This document shows, piece by piece, positions 28,330 through 38,340 of a stretch of 64,000 nt of DNA (position 1 is the stretch's first letter; each line of letters begins with the position of its first letter). The stretch spans positions 18 through 64,017 of the forward strand of contig JAOAGY010000010.1 of assembly GCA_026415505.1 (NCBI GenBank). The letters run 5' to 3'. The notes below the pieces were generated by a model. It worked only from the letters and a program-made list of their open reading frames with translations. It had not been told where the DNA came from and did not search any database. This DNA comes from Chlorobiota bacterium (GTDB taxonomy: Bacteria; Bacteroidota; Ignavibacteria; Kapaibacteriales; NICIL-2). A program made the translations under genes and the position numbers.

Positions 28330-29008
28330 CGTTGCTCGGCTCTTTGATGCGGTAGCCAATGCCGCGCACGTTGTGGATGAAGCGCTTGCCGTCGAACTCG
28401 ATTTTCGACCGCAGCCGCTTGATGTACACCTCGATGATGTTCGACATCGGCGCCAGCGGATCTTTCCACACGTGCTCCATGATCATCGTACGGCTGACGA
28501 TGCGGTGCTTGTTGCGCATGAGGTATTCGAGCAAGGCGTACTCTTTGGCGGTCAGTTCGATTTCCTTGTCGCCGCGCCAGACAAGATGCGCTGCCGTGTC
28601 GAGCACCAAATCGCCGACGACGATCTTGGTGGACTTCTGCGCGCTGCTTCGCCGCAGAACCGACCGCAAGCGCGCAGCAAGCTCGTCGAAGTGGAACGGC
28701 TTGGGCAAATAATCGTCGGCGCCGAGATCGAGCCCACGCACGCGATCTTTGGTGCTGCCGCGCGCAGTGAGGATGATGACCGGCGTTTCGTTGTCGGCAG
28801 CGCGCAGTTCTTGCAACACTTCGAAACCGTCCTTGCCCGGTAGCATCAAGTCCAGCACGATTGCGTCGTACATTCCCGAAAGCGCCATCTCCAAACCGGT
28901 CTTGCCGTCGCTGGCGACGTCGACGACGTACTGCTCTTCTTCCAGTCCACGCTGGATGAAGTTGGCGACTTTTTCTTCGTCCTCGATGACCAAAATGCGC
29001 ACGGGCAT
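28322..29008 (-). CDS. OmpR/PhoB family response regulator (CusR/CzcR-like)
   Basis: IEDE, LDLMLP, LTAR, GADDYLPKPF, LTAKEYALL, VRGIGY. Confidence 0.93.
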   Translation of the reverse strand: MPVRILVIEDEEKVANFIQRGLEEEQYVVDVASDGKTGLEMALSGMYDAIVLDLMLPGKDGFEVLQELRAADNETPVIILTARGSTKDRVRGLDLGADDYLPKPFHFDELAARLRSVLRRSSAQKSTKIVVGDLVLDTAAHLVWRGDKEIELTAKEYALLEYLMRNKHRIVSRTMIMEHVWKDPLAPMSNIIEVYIKRLRSKIEFDGKRFIHNVRGIGYRIKEPSNGE

Positions 29009-29015
29009 CCTCCGT

Positions 29016-29408
29016 TCAATTGCGACGAAAAACGATCTGCACCGAACGCTGCTCGAGTCGCAGCTCGTCGTGGTCGAGCCGTGCAATGCGAAAACGTTCG
29101 ATGGTCGTTGCACCCGATAGCAGTACGAGCGAATCCGATCGCACCCGGTAGTCGAAGCGGAGCGTATCGCTGCCGACCAGTGGAACGCTGAGCCGCCCGT
29201 TGCGAATTTCGATCGTCGTGCCGCGCGCGATGCTGCTGGCGATGCCCAGCACGAGTGCAGCGCCGCGATCGTTCGAATCGGCTGGAACGATTTCCTCCAG
29301 ACGCCAACTGCCCTCGAGCAACGCCGGATCGAGTCGCATGCATGCAGCCAGCAGCAGTGCGAGTGCCGCTGCCACCGAGTGCCGGTAAAATCGAGCATCA
29401 GCGCACAT
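29016..29408 (-). CDS. Lipocalin-like lipoprotein
   Basis: Lipobox LAAC, LEGSWRL motif; start overlaps the upstream stop. Confidence 0.6.
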   Translation of the reverse strand: MCADARFYRHSVAAALALLLAACMRLDPALLEGSWRLEEIVPADSNDRGAALVLGIASSIARGTTIEIRNGRLSVPLVGSDTLRFDYRVRSDSLVLLSGATTIERFRIARLDHDELRLEQRSVQIVFRRN

Positions 29409-32298
29409 AGAGCACCTCGAACGATTCCCATCCATCGCCGGCTCGTGCCAGGACGTAGTACACGCCGGGCGGTACGAGCTGACCGCTGTCGCTGCGGCAA
29501 TCCCAGACGTCGCAGTACATCTGCCCGCCGGTGCGCACCTGGTCCGCCACGAGCGTTCGGACAAGCCGATCGCTGCTGTCGAAAATGCGAACGGTGACCG
29601 AACCGGTACTGCGCGGTGTGGTCAGGATACGGCACAGCTCTTGTCCGCGCAGAACGGGATTCGGTGCGATCGCCGAGATCAAACGCTGCGACCTCAGCAC
29701 AACTGTCGTGTCGGTTCGACCGCAACTGTTGCGACATGCCCACCGAATCGCGATCGTGTCGCTGCTGCCGATGCGTCCGCGCACGACGACCGTGTCGGTG
29801 GCGAGACTGTCGAGCAGTGTCCACGGCTCCGACGGCGCGTAGCGAACGTACACTGCCGCTACCGAGCACGCCACGGCGCTCGGCACAGCAGCGACGCGAT
29901 ACTCGCAGCAAAATCCCGGTTGCGCGCTGGTGACGACAAGCGGCACCGGAGCCGGCAGCACGCGCAGCCGCAGCGTGTCGGAGACGACCGTATCGGCATC
30001 GCTCGTGCCGATCGCGGTTACCAGCACGAGCGTATCGGCACCGCCGAGCGGCGCCAGCTCGATGCACGGCACATCGAAGCTCGCAACGAAACTGCCCCCG
30101 CCGATCGTCACCGCTGCCGGCAGCGGTTGCCAGCGCTGCCCATTGTCGAACGACACTCTGAGGTGCACCGAGTCAATACACACCGCACTTCCGCCGACGA
30201 TCGCTCGCTCGCCTGCGGTGTAGCTCGATGCAACGGTCGTCGTGTCGAATCGCACCGCACCGCTGATTACGCTGACTCTGCTGCTGGTGTCGCACACGGT
30301 GGAATCAGCCGACAGCCAGACGATGAACCGTCCCGACAGCCCGTGCAGCAGTTGCGCCGGAACAGCCAGCGCCATTGTATCGCCGCCGACGAGCGTATCG
30401 CGTGCGACGATACGGCATGCACCGCCGCTGTCCGGCTCGAAGGCGATCGTGTACCGATGCGCGCCGCTGTAGAAAAAGCGCCATCGCACAGCGATCGTAT
30501 CGCCCGAACATACCGTCGTCGAGGCGGTCGTGTCGCTCGGTGCGACGATGCGGAGACTGTTCGGCGCGAGGATGCCGAGTGTGTAGGTCGCTTTGGTCGT
30601 TGTCGCCACGATGTCCGTGCGTCGGTCGCCATCGAGATCGGCGATCGCGACGTTGGTGATTTCCTCGCCCGGCGCACGCCAGAAGAGTGCCGTGTCGAAC
30701 GGCGAGCCGCTGCGAAAACGAGGATCGGCGTAGTCGCGCATGCGAAGCACGAGCAGGTCGCTACCGTCGGCGATGACGATTTCCGCTTTCCCATCGGCGG
30801 CTCCGTCGAGATCGGCGACGGCAGCGAGCCAGCCGGTGATGCGGAACGTCGCGATCGTATCGAGCGGCAGCAGCACCGATCCCGCTGGCGATGGCTTTGG
30901 CACGGGCGAGCCGCTGCGATAGCGCAAGACCATCAGGCGCGAACCAGCGACGGCAAGTTCGCGACTGCTTTCGGTGAGCACGATCTCCGCGCCCGGATTG
31001 TTCGGGAAAAACGGAAGCAGCTCGTTGCTGGATGTGCCGTCGAGATCGCCGACCGCCAGCGACCAGCCAGCGTCGGTGCGTCCGCGAAAGGGCGGATTCT
31101 GCCGATCCGATGGCAGCGTTATCGGCGTGCCGTCGTCGGCAAAAAGGTGCAATTGCGCTTGACCGAACGAGCCGTCGCGACCACTGTACGACTCTGCCAG
31201 CAGAACGAAGCGACGAAGCTGACTGCCGTCGTAAAGCTCGACCCAGTAGGGTCGAACGATCGGTTTGCTCGCCGGCGCCGAGAGAAACGTATCGAGCCGT
31301 ATCGCGCCGAATCGTTCCCCCAGCAGACCGCTGCTCAGTTGTGCGCAGAAAAGATACGCGCTGCGTCCGTTCGATTGCGAGCCGTAGGGACTGACGATCG
31401 TGGTACTGTCGTCGCTCGGTGTGCACGGCAAAGCGCACGTCCAAAGCGTCGGCGACAGTTGTGCGATGCTCGGCTGGTCGAAACCGACGTGTGGCGCGAC
31501 TGTCATGCGCTCGCCGACGTTGTCGCCGGCATCGGGTATCGGGAACGTTCCGCCGAGCAACGACGGGAGCACGCGCGTGACCGCCATGCCGCGCACGAAA
31601 GGAATGCTCCGCCCGGACGAGTCGGCTTGCGGTGTCGTCGTGCCGAGCACCGAGTACACTGCCAGCGCATCACCAGCAGGCATTGCCAGCACTGGACGCA
31701 CCCATGCGAACAAATTCGGCGCATAGGGGCGCAGGTCGTAGGTCAGCCGTGTGACGAGTGCGACGGTGTCGCTGGCGGCGTCGTAGCCGGCGATGTAGGC
31801 GACGGCGAACGAATCGCGCACCGTCTGGCTTTCCGCAGTTTGGAGAAACAGCAGGCTGGGCAAGCGCTGACGGAGCGCCGACGGCAATTGTGCTGAATCA
31901 GCCACACACGAAATCGCCTGGGCAAACGGTGGAAGCTGCGACGAGTGAAGCGCGCGACCGCTGGCATCGAGCAGCGCGAGTTTCCCGCCGACGACGGCAG
32001 CGACCTCGAGCGACGCCAATCCGCTGCCCAGCGGCAGTGCAGTGTTCGGCACAATGTCGGCAACGACCGGCTGAACATCGCCAGCGATCGCCGGCGATCG
32101 CCACTTGAGCACGAACGCCGAAAGCTGCTGCGGTACCGATGCGACCGGCTGAACGGGCAACGCCGTGCCGCTGCCGCGCGGATAGAGCCACGATGCCTGC
32201 TGCGCACGGCTACTGGCGACCCAGCTCAGCATCAGCAACGCACTGGCGACCCAGCAGCGCCACAACGTCCGACGATGAATTCCGTGCAAAACGATCAC
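29398..32298 (-). CDS. Large secreted protein with FG-GAP/VCBS-like motifs and a C-terminal FlgD-Ig/T9SS-like domain
   Basis: Signal peptide ending SRAQ; DLDG motifs; C-terminal APNP...VRIFD...VRTL...WD...G..VPPGVY. Start uncertain. Confidence 0.75.
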   Translation of the reverse strand: MIVLHGIHRRTLWRCWVASALLMLSWVASSRAQQASWLYPRGSGTALPVQPVASVPQQLSAFVLKWRSPAIAGDVQPVVADIVPNTALPLGSGLASLEVAAVVGGKLALLDASGRALHSSQLPPFAQAISCVADSAQLPSALRQRLPSLLFLQTAESQTVRDSFAVAYIAGYDAASDTVALVTRLTYDLRPYAPNLFAWVRPVLAMPAGDALAVYSVLGTTTPQADSSGRSIPFVRGMAVTRVLPSLLGGTFPIPDAGDNVGERMTVAPHVGFDQPSIAQLSPTLWTCALPCTPSDDSTTIVSPYGSQSNGRSAYLFCAQLSSGLLGERFGAIRLDTFLSAPASKPIVRPYWVELYDGSQLRRFVLLAESYSGRDGSFGQAQLHLFADDGTPITLPSDRQNPPFRGRTDAGWSLAVGDLDGTSSNELLPFFPNNPGAEIVLTESSRELAVAGSRLMVLRYRSGSPVPKPSPAGSVLLPLDTIATFRITGWLAAVADLDGAADGKAEIVIADGSDLLVLRMRDYADPRFRSGSPFDTALFWRAPGEEITNVAIADLDGDRRTDIVATTTKATYTLGILAPNSLRIVAPSDTTASTTVCSGDTIAVRWRFFYSGAHRYTIAFEPDSGGACRIVARDTLVGGDTMALAVPAQLLHGLSGRFIVWLSADSTVCDTSSRVSVISGAVRFDTTTVASSYTAGERAIVGGSAVCIDSVHLRVSFDNGQRWQPLPAAVTIGGGSFVASFDVPCIELAPLGGADTLVLVTAIGTSDADTVVSDTLRLRVLPAPVPLVVTSAQPGFCCEYRVAAVPSAVACSVAAVYVRYAPSEPWTLLDSLATDTVVVRGRIGSSDTIAIRWACRNSCGRTDTTVVLRSQRLISAIAPNPVLRGQELCRILTTPRSTGSVTVRIFDSSDRLVRTLVADQVRTGGQMYCDVWDCRSDSGQLVPPGVYYVLARAGDGWESFEVLYVR

Positions 32299-32375
32299 GC
32301 CTTCTCCGAGAATCGAAGCGGCGCAAATATACCTGCCCGATATTCGCACCGTGCGAACGCTTGTACGAACACGAC

Positions 32376-34028
32376 GTGAAAACATTCTGGCTGGCGATGA
32401 CAATTGCGCTCGTGGGCGCTGTGTGGGCGCAGCAACCCTTGCCGTCGCACCACGACGTCGGCACTCGAACACTGGACGATTCTGCAGCAGCGATTTTGGG
32501 CGCCGTGCACTCGTGGTGGGGCATCGGGCGTGCTGCCGATCCCGATAGCGCGTGTCGTGTGGCGACCGCATGGGCTGCTCGCGATCCGCTTGCGGCGTTC
32601 ATCTTCGCCGAGTGCATCGCCGATCGGCGGAGAATGCCGCCCGATGTGCGTCGTGCCGATTCGGTGTTCGAAGCGGTGCTTGTGCCGCTCCGCGAGCGTG
32701 CCGATCGCGGCGATGCATACGCTCTCGTTGCGCTTGCCGAGTACTACCGCCGCGGTCTCGGCGGTGTCGTACCGGACGACGATGCAGCGACGAGCTTGCT
32801 CCGCCGTGCTGCCGGGATGGGAAATCCACTGGCGGCGTTCCTGCTGGCGCGCACGAGCGACGACTCGACGTCGCTGATGTTTCTTCGCCGTGCCGCCGAA
32901 GGGAACGTCGTCGCGGCAATGGTGATGCTGGCGCGTCGGTTGCTCGCCGATTCGTCGAGCCTCGCCGAGGCAATCGGTTTGCTCCGTCGTGCCGAGGAAC
33001 GCGGCTCGCCCGATGCAGCGCTCGTGCTCGGCGGTTGTTACGATAGCGGACTCGGCGTCGAACCCAATCCGACGCAGGCGCTGCGCTCGATTGCCGTCGC
33101 TGCCGATCGCGGCAGTGTCGCCGCAATGCTCGAACTCGGTGTTCGCTCGATCTACGGTGTCGGCATGCCTGCCGATACGATCGGTGGACTGGTTTGGCTG
33201 CTGCGTGCCGTGGCGCGATCGTCGCCTGCCGAACGCAGAGCGATCGTCGGTCTTCTCTCGACGGTGTGCGATTCGCTGCCGATGGTCGCGCGGCACTTCG
33301 AGCGCGCGTTGGGCATCGTCGCAGCAGAGCTTTCGCCCGCACGGCACGACAGCTCCGCACTGGTGTATCTGCTCACCGGCGACGGTGCGCGTCTGTGGCG
33401 CGCGTGGTGGCGACCGTCGGTCGGTGCGCCGGAGTATGTCGGCTTTCGTCGGGACGGTGCGGCGATAGTGTCCGGCAGCGAGCAGCTTTTCGAGTGGCGA
33501 TGCGACACATCCGGATTGCTCGCTATCACGAACGAAGGCAACAGCAATCGTGCGCGGTTGATTGCTATTGCCGAGGGATTGTGTGCCGTCGAATGGGATG
33601 GCGGCAGTGCTTTCTATTCGCCGATCGAGAGTGCAACACTCGGTGCCGAGCCGTACCGTCGGCATCGTGCATTCGTGCAGCCGTCGGTCGAGCTGCTTCC
33701 GCCGCGCACCGGCGACGATTACGTGCGACTGCGTGTGCGCGTGCGCAATGTTCCTCGCACCGGGCTGGTGCTGATGCCGATCGGCATCGCTCGCGATCGT
33801 GCGGCGACGCATGCGGAAATCGCCGTGAGCGCCGGCATGCTCTGGCGCATCTGGGACGACGGTGTGCACGAGTTGCTGTGGCAGCCGCCGGCAGCGGAGC
33901 TTCCAGCCGGACTCGGCGCCAAGTGCGTGTTGTTCGTGCAGTGCGTTTGGCAGTACGACGGCGACGACCGGAGCATGATCGTCAAATCGCAGCCGATCGC
34001 TGTGCCGTCCCGGTGGCGGCGTCGCTAA
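32376..34028 (+). CDS. Secreted Sel1-like repeat protein
   Basis: GTG start with signal peptide; repeated A..G...A...L...Y..G.G motifs (e.g. AEERGSPDAALVLGGCYDSGLGV). Confidence 0.75.
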   Translation: MKTFWLAMTIALVGAVWAQQPLPSHHDVGTRTLDDSAAAILGAVHSWWGIGRAADPDSACRVATAWAARDPLAAFIFAECIADRRRMPPDVRRADSVFEAVLVPLRERADRGDAYALVALAEYYRRGLGGVVPDDDAATSLLRRAAGMGNPLAAFLLARTSDDSTSLMFLRRAAEGNVVAAMVMLARRLLADSSSLAEAIGLLRRAEERGSPDAALVLGGCYDSGLGVEPNPTQALRSIAVAADRGSVAAMLELGVRSIYGVGMPADTIGGLVWLLRAVARSSPAERRAIVGLLSTVCDSLPMVARHFERALGIVAAELSPARHDSSALVYLLTGDGARLWRAWWRPSVGAPEYVGFRRDGAAIVSGSEQLFEWRCDTSGLLAITNEGNSNRARLIAIAEGLCAVEWDGGSAFYSPIESATLGAEPYRRHRAFVQPSVELLPPRTGDDYVRLRVRVRNVPRTGLVLMPIGIARDRAATHAEIAVSAGMLWRIWDDGVHELLWQPPAAELPAGLGAKCVLFVQCVWQYDGDDRSMIVKSQPIAVPSRWRRR

Positions 34029-34936
34029 AACTGCACGCCGATGCCAACACGGAATTCGTCCCAGAGCATCGGCGTATTGCCGCGGAAGGGGAAGTGCTGT
34101 CCGGACGTGCTGCGGAGCTGATAGATGCCCCACGACAGTGCCGACCGCAGCACAAGTTCAGCAAGTGCAGCAGCGGAAGCGTTGCGCTGCTCGGCACCAG
34201 AGAGTGCAGCGCCCAGCGCTGTCTGTGCGATGCCTTCCAGCAGCAGACTTCCGAGCCAGGGGAAAAAGACGTGGTTTTTGTAGAGCAACACGCGCTGGTA
34301 GCTTGCTTCGAGCATGAGCACCCCGCCGATGCTGTAGCCGATTGTCGCGCTGGTGTTGGCGCCGAAGTGCGAGCTGCGGTAGGCGTCGGCTGTTGCGATT
34401 GCCTGAGCGTTGGCGGCGCTATCGCCGCTGCTCGGTGTGTTGCCGGCTCGCACGAACGACCACGTCCAGCCACCGGAATGGAGGAGATAGAGCCCGCCGC
34501 CTGCGTGGCTTGCCAGACGATGCCCACTGACGAGTCGAAAACCAATACGCCATCCTTCGACCGCGACGCGCGACTCGTCGCGAAATGCCACCGACGGCGA
34601 CAGCGCAGCGACTACGATGCTCGATCCATCGAGCCTGGCAACGCTGCTATCATGACGGAGCCGCCGCGCAGCAAGACTGCCGAAGTCCAGCTCCATTGCC
34701 AGCAGCGGCGAGTACGAAGGAGCGCCACTGACCGATGGCATCGAGTAGCCGCCGGTAATGCGGAGCATCTGAAGTTTCGTCGGAATCAGCATGCCGAGCT
34801 GTACGCTTGCGCCCCTGCGACCGATCCGCACGCCGGAGGCATCGAGGGAATCGTCGTCGCTTCGATCGGAATCGTTTTGTGCGCACAGAACCATCGCACT
34901 CGCCATGAATGCTGCAACGAGCCATCGCAGTGCCAT
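34025..34936 (-). CDS. Hypothetical outer-membrane protein
   Basis: Signal peptide, beta-strand pattern, C-terminal VGIGVQF. Confidence 0.7.
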   Translation of the reverse strand: MALRWLVAAFMASAMVLCAQNDSDRSDDDSLDASGVRIGRRGASVQLGMLIPTKLQMLRITGGYSMPSVSGAPSYSPLLAMELDFGSLAARRLRHDSSVARLDGSSIVVAALSPSVAFRDESRVAVEGWRIGFRLVSGHRLASHAGGGLYLLHSGGWTWSFVRAGNTPSSGDSAANAQAIATADAYRSSHFGANTSATIGYSIGGVLMLEASYQRVLLYKNHVFFPWLGSLLLEGIAQTALGAALSGAEQRNASAAALAELVLRSALSWGIYQLRSTSGQHFPFRGNTPMLWDEFRVGIGVQF

Positions 34937-35012
34937 GTCGCCGTCGAAAAAAGTTGCGATGGCAAAGATACTGCCGCTGCTGCAGCAGCTCGTCGCGGCA
35001 GGGAGGGAGAAA

Positions 35013-36641
35013 TTATTCGACGACGATCGACGAGAGCCAGTGAGTAGTGGTACCTTCGATCACGATCCAGTAGGTGCCGCTGGCGAGTCCATCGGTCGGA
35101 ATCGAAAGCATGTCGTTCTCGATCGCAATCGAGAGTGCACATTCTCTGCCGCTGGCATCGAAGATGCGAACGGGTAGCGCAACCGACTCGATCGCTTCCG
35201 GTAGTTGAACACGCACGATCTGTCCACGTGGTGCTGGCTGTGGATACGCGGTGAGCTTTGTTGCCTGCTCGCTGCGCGGTACAGAGGTCGTCATCGGGTC
35301 GAAAATGTAGAGACCACGCATTGTGCTCACGAGCAATTTTTTCCCCGATCTGGTTATCGAGCATGGAAAGTCCCGCATAATCGAAAAACTCGATGCCGGG
35401 AAAATCTCTTTGAGCGCCAGAGTTCGTACGTTCAATTGTCCACTGGTAGAGGGCTGCAGAAAGTGGATCACAGGGTATGAACTGTCGCCGATCATCATCG
35501 CCGACAGACATGCGATGCTATTGTCGTACGGAGTGTAGAACGAAAATCCTTGAGGGAAGCCGTAGCTGAACCCAAGCAAACGCTCGCAGTGACCGGTGAA
35601 AATGTCGTAGCGGAATGCACTCACCATCGTCGATGTATCGCTCGGCTGCGACGCGGCAAAACGTACACGCGGACAGAGGACATACAAGCAACTGTCGTGC
35701 GACCATACGAAAGCGCCATCGAGAGACTGCAGGTGTGTCAGTCCAGAAGTCGGCGAAACCACCTGGTAGGCGCCTGTCGAGGGATCGACTTTGAGAAATT
35801 GAATCGGGGACGGTTGAGAGGAACCGATCTTGAACGGTAGCGGAGCGATTGCGTAGAGAGCTCCGTCGGCACCGAAAACAGCATTGAACACCATCGGCTG
35901 TGCTGGATAGATGAACGGGTTGTTTTCGATACCGATAGCAGCTCGCAATCGAAGCGTATCGCTCCATGGATTGCCCACGTACACGTGGACTCGCGGATTG
36001 GATAGCGTCATGCCGCTCGAGGGATCGTACTGGCGAAGCATCGAGGAAGCCAGCACGACGGCAGTATCGCTGTAGGCGGGCATCGTACCGCTACTGAGCG
36101 AGAAGAATTTGTCATGTCGCCACCCTGGCGAGGGTGGTAAACCGACGAGTCGCCAGATCGAACGTCCCAATGGCAGAGCTTGTGGGACGTATCCGAGCAA
36201 CCTGCTCGGCGTCGCACTGGGTGGCACTTTTGTGGTGTCGTGAGAGTTCCATCCCCACCACCACAGGGGAGTCGAAAGTGCGTGCTCTTCGGAAAAGGGG
36301 AGGAACAGTGCCATACTGTGGCGGACATCGTTGACCCACCGCGCCGCCGCGGGGAACTCCCCGACGCGGTCGAGAGCCAACCATTGGCTATCGTCGAATC
36401 GCAATCGCCAGAGCGCAGAATAGAAGCCCAGGCTATCGTAATTGTTGCGTGTGTTGGTGAAATCGCCGATTGCCCAGAAGTACGCATCGGTCGAATCGGC
36501 TGCAGCAGCATCGAGGAAGTAAGCAGGGCGCTCGGTCGTTACCCCCATTGTAGCGTTGATGACGCTCAAAGGGATGAAGCGATTCTGTGCCAGTGTCGAA
36601 CCCGCTACCGCTATGCCGATGATCGCGACTATCGCACGCAT
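35013..36641 (-). CDS. T9SS type A sorting domain protein
   Basis: Signal peptide; C-terminal AYPQPA...VRIFDASGR...LASGTYWI; GGAGG RBS. Confidence 0.8.
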   Translation of the reverse strand: MRAIVAIIGIAVAGSTLAQNRFIPLSVINATMGVTTERPAYFLDAAAADSTDAYFWAIGDFTNTRNNYDSLGFYSALWRLRFDDSQWLALDRVGEFPAAARWVNDVRHSMALFLPFSEEHALSTPLWWWGWNSHDTTKVPPSATPSRLLGYVPQALPLGRSIWRLVGLPPSPGWRHDKFFSLSSGTMPAYSDTAVVLASSMLRQYDPSSGMTLSNPRVHVYVGNPWSDTLRLRAAIGIENNPFIYPAQPMVFNAVFGADGALYAIAPLPFKIGSSQPSPIQFLKVDPSTGAYQVVSPTSGLTHLQSLDGAFVWSHDSCLYVLCPRVRFAASQPSDTSTMVSAFRYDIFTGHCERLLGFSYGFPQGFSFYTPYDNSIACLSAMMIGDSSYPVIHFLQPSTSGQLNVRTLALKEIFPASSFSIMRDFPCSITRSGKKLLVSTMRGLYIFDPMTTSVPRSEQATKLTAYPQPAPRGQIVRVQLPEAIESVALPVRIFDASGRECALSIAIENDMLSIPTDGLASGTYWIVIEGTTTHWLSSIVVE

Positions 36642-36662
36642 GGCGTTTTCCTCCAGTAGTGG

Positions 36663-37349
36663 TCAACAACCATCTTCACACGGTTTGGCATACTGCTCTT
36701 GTTCCGTGCAGGGGATCAGGCGATACTTCCCGACCAGACGCAGAGAATAAACCGTTCCCGGCAGGATCGGATTCGGTTGGGTACAGATTTCGTACTCGCG
36801 CTTGCAACACGTCTGCCCGCATGACTGCCATTTCCATGTCTTGACGGTGTTCGTCTGCGGGTCATAATTGGGATCGGGATATTGATAGCCTTCCTCACAG
36901 CCTTCGTGAGAGCTGACTTTGTACGTACAGGAAAGCCAAATACCGCACGCAGCAGTGTACACGCTGGCAGTACGGAGCGTGCCTTGTCCGCAGTCAGGGA
37001 TAGGGTACTGTACGCCGTAGTTGCTATACGCCCCGTTTTCGAGCAGGTACGTTAGCGTCGCCTGCGTGATGTAATCGAGGAGTCCCGAGTAGCTGTGGTG
37101 ATAAAAAACGAGCCGGTCCCAGCCGCCGCATCCTGCCAGTGGTTCGATTCCTGTTTCGTCGAGCGCGATCTCCAAGCGTCCATTGCACACCCGCCATTTG
37201 TACGTTACCCGTGCGACACAGTCAGGAGGACCAAGGGAAAGGTACGTTGTCTCTTCGCTCCACGGAGAACACTGCGGGTCGTCAGGAGGGCAGAGGGGGT
37301 GGGCTGTCGCCAGCAAATGCGCCATCATGAGCGCCACAAGATAACGCAT
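36663..37349 (-). CDS. Secreted cysteine-rich protein (16 Cys)
   Basis: Signal peptide MRYLVALMMAHLLATA; 16 Cys in the mature part; ends CEDGC. Confidence 0.75.
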   Translation of the reverse strand: MRYLVALMMAHLLATAHPLCPPDDPQCSPWSEETTYLSLGPPDCVARVTYKWRVCNGRLEIALDETGIEPLAGCGGWDRLVFYHHSYSGLLDYITQATLTYLLENGAYSNYGVQYPIPDCGQGTLRTASVYTAACGIWLSCTYKVSSHEGCEEGYQYPDPNYDPQTNTVKTWKWQSCGQTCCKREYEICTQPNPILPGTVYSLRLVGKYRLIPCTEQEQYAKPCEDGC

Positions 37350-37479
37350 GACCAAACTCCACCGTGGTTCAACGTGCTCGTGAAGATACAAACCAAATTG
37401 TGATTATACAAATCGAGTGCGATGCTCTTTCGGTTGTGCGGTGGTAATCCGCAGCAGATCGCCGCTGCGGAAAGCAGCG

Positions 37480-38340
37480 CTACACTCGCGCGATCGCGAT
37501 ATCCATCGAGATGTCGAGCGCCGGTGCCGAGTGCGTCAGTGCGCCGACCGAGATGCACGCAACACCCGTTTCGGCAATCGCACGTACGGTGTCGAGTGTG
37601 ACGCCACCGGAGGCTTCGGTTTCGTACCGACCGCCGATGCGTTCGACGGCAGCGCGCAGTTGGTCGATCGAGAAATTGTCGAGCATGATGCGGTCGAAGC
37701 CGCCGACAGCCAATGCACGGTCGAGTTGTTCGAGCGATTGCACCTCGATCTCGACGCGGTACTGCCTGCTCTCGCGGAGCGGCTGGACGGCTGCCAGGGC
37801 GGCTTCGATGCTGCCGGCTGCAGCAATGTGGTTATCCTTGACAAGCACCATGTCGTAGAGTCCCATGCGGTGATTTTCGGCACCACCGATACGGCAGGCG
37901 TATTTATCGAGCAGTCGCCAGGCGGGAATCGTCTTTCGCGTGTCGAGAATGCGTGCACCTGTGCCAGCGACCGCCTCGACGTACCGACGCGCCAGAGTCG
38001 CGACTCCGCTCATTCGCTGCAGAAAGTTCAATGCCGTTCGTTCTGCAGCCAACAGCGACCGCGCAGCGCCGTACACATGCGCGATTGGCGTTCGTGGTTC
38101 GACGCTCTGCCCTTCCTCGACGAGCGCTTCCCACGCTGTTTCCGGATCGACGGTGCGAAACACCAGTGCAGCGATCGGCAAGCCGCAAACGACGCCGGCT
38201 GCTTTCGCGACCAAGGTTGCGCGTGCGCGCCAGTCGGCTGCGATGATGGCTTCGCTGGTGATGTCGCCGCTGCCGATGTCTTCGGCGAGCGCGATCTGCA
38301 CCAGTCGCAGCACCGAGGCGTCGTGTATGAGGCTACGCAC
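37480..38340 (-). CDS. nadC: Quinolinate phosphoribosyltransferase
   Basis: ED...GDITS, ERTALN, DTRKT, HRMGL, KDNH, MLDN, EASGG. Confidence 0.97.
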   Translation of the reverse strand: MRSLIHDASVLRLVQIALAEDIGSGDITSEAIIAADWRARATLVAKAAGVVCGLPIAALVFRTVDPETAWEALVEEGQSVEPRTPIAHVYGAARSLLAAERTALNFLQRMSGVATLARRYVEAVAGTGARILDTRKTIPAWRLLDKYACRIGGAENHRMGLYDMVLVKDNHIAAAGSIEAALAAVQPLRESRQYRVEIEVQSLEQLDRALAVGGFDRIMLDNFSIDQLRAAVERIGGRYETEASGGVTLDTVRAIAETGVACISVGALTHSAPALDISMDIAIARV

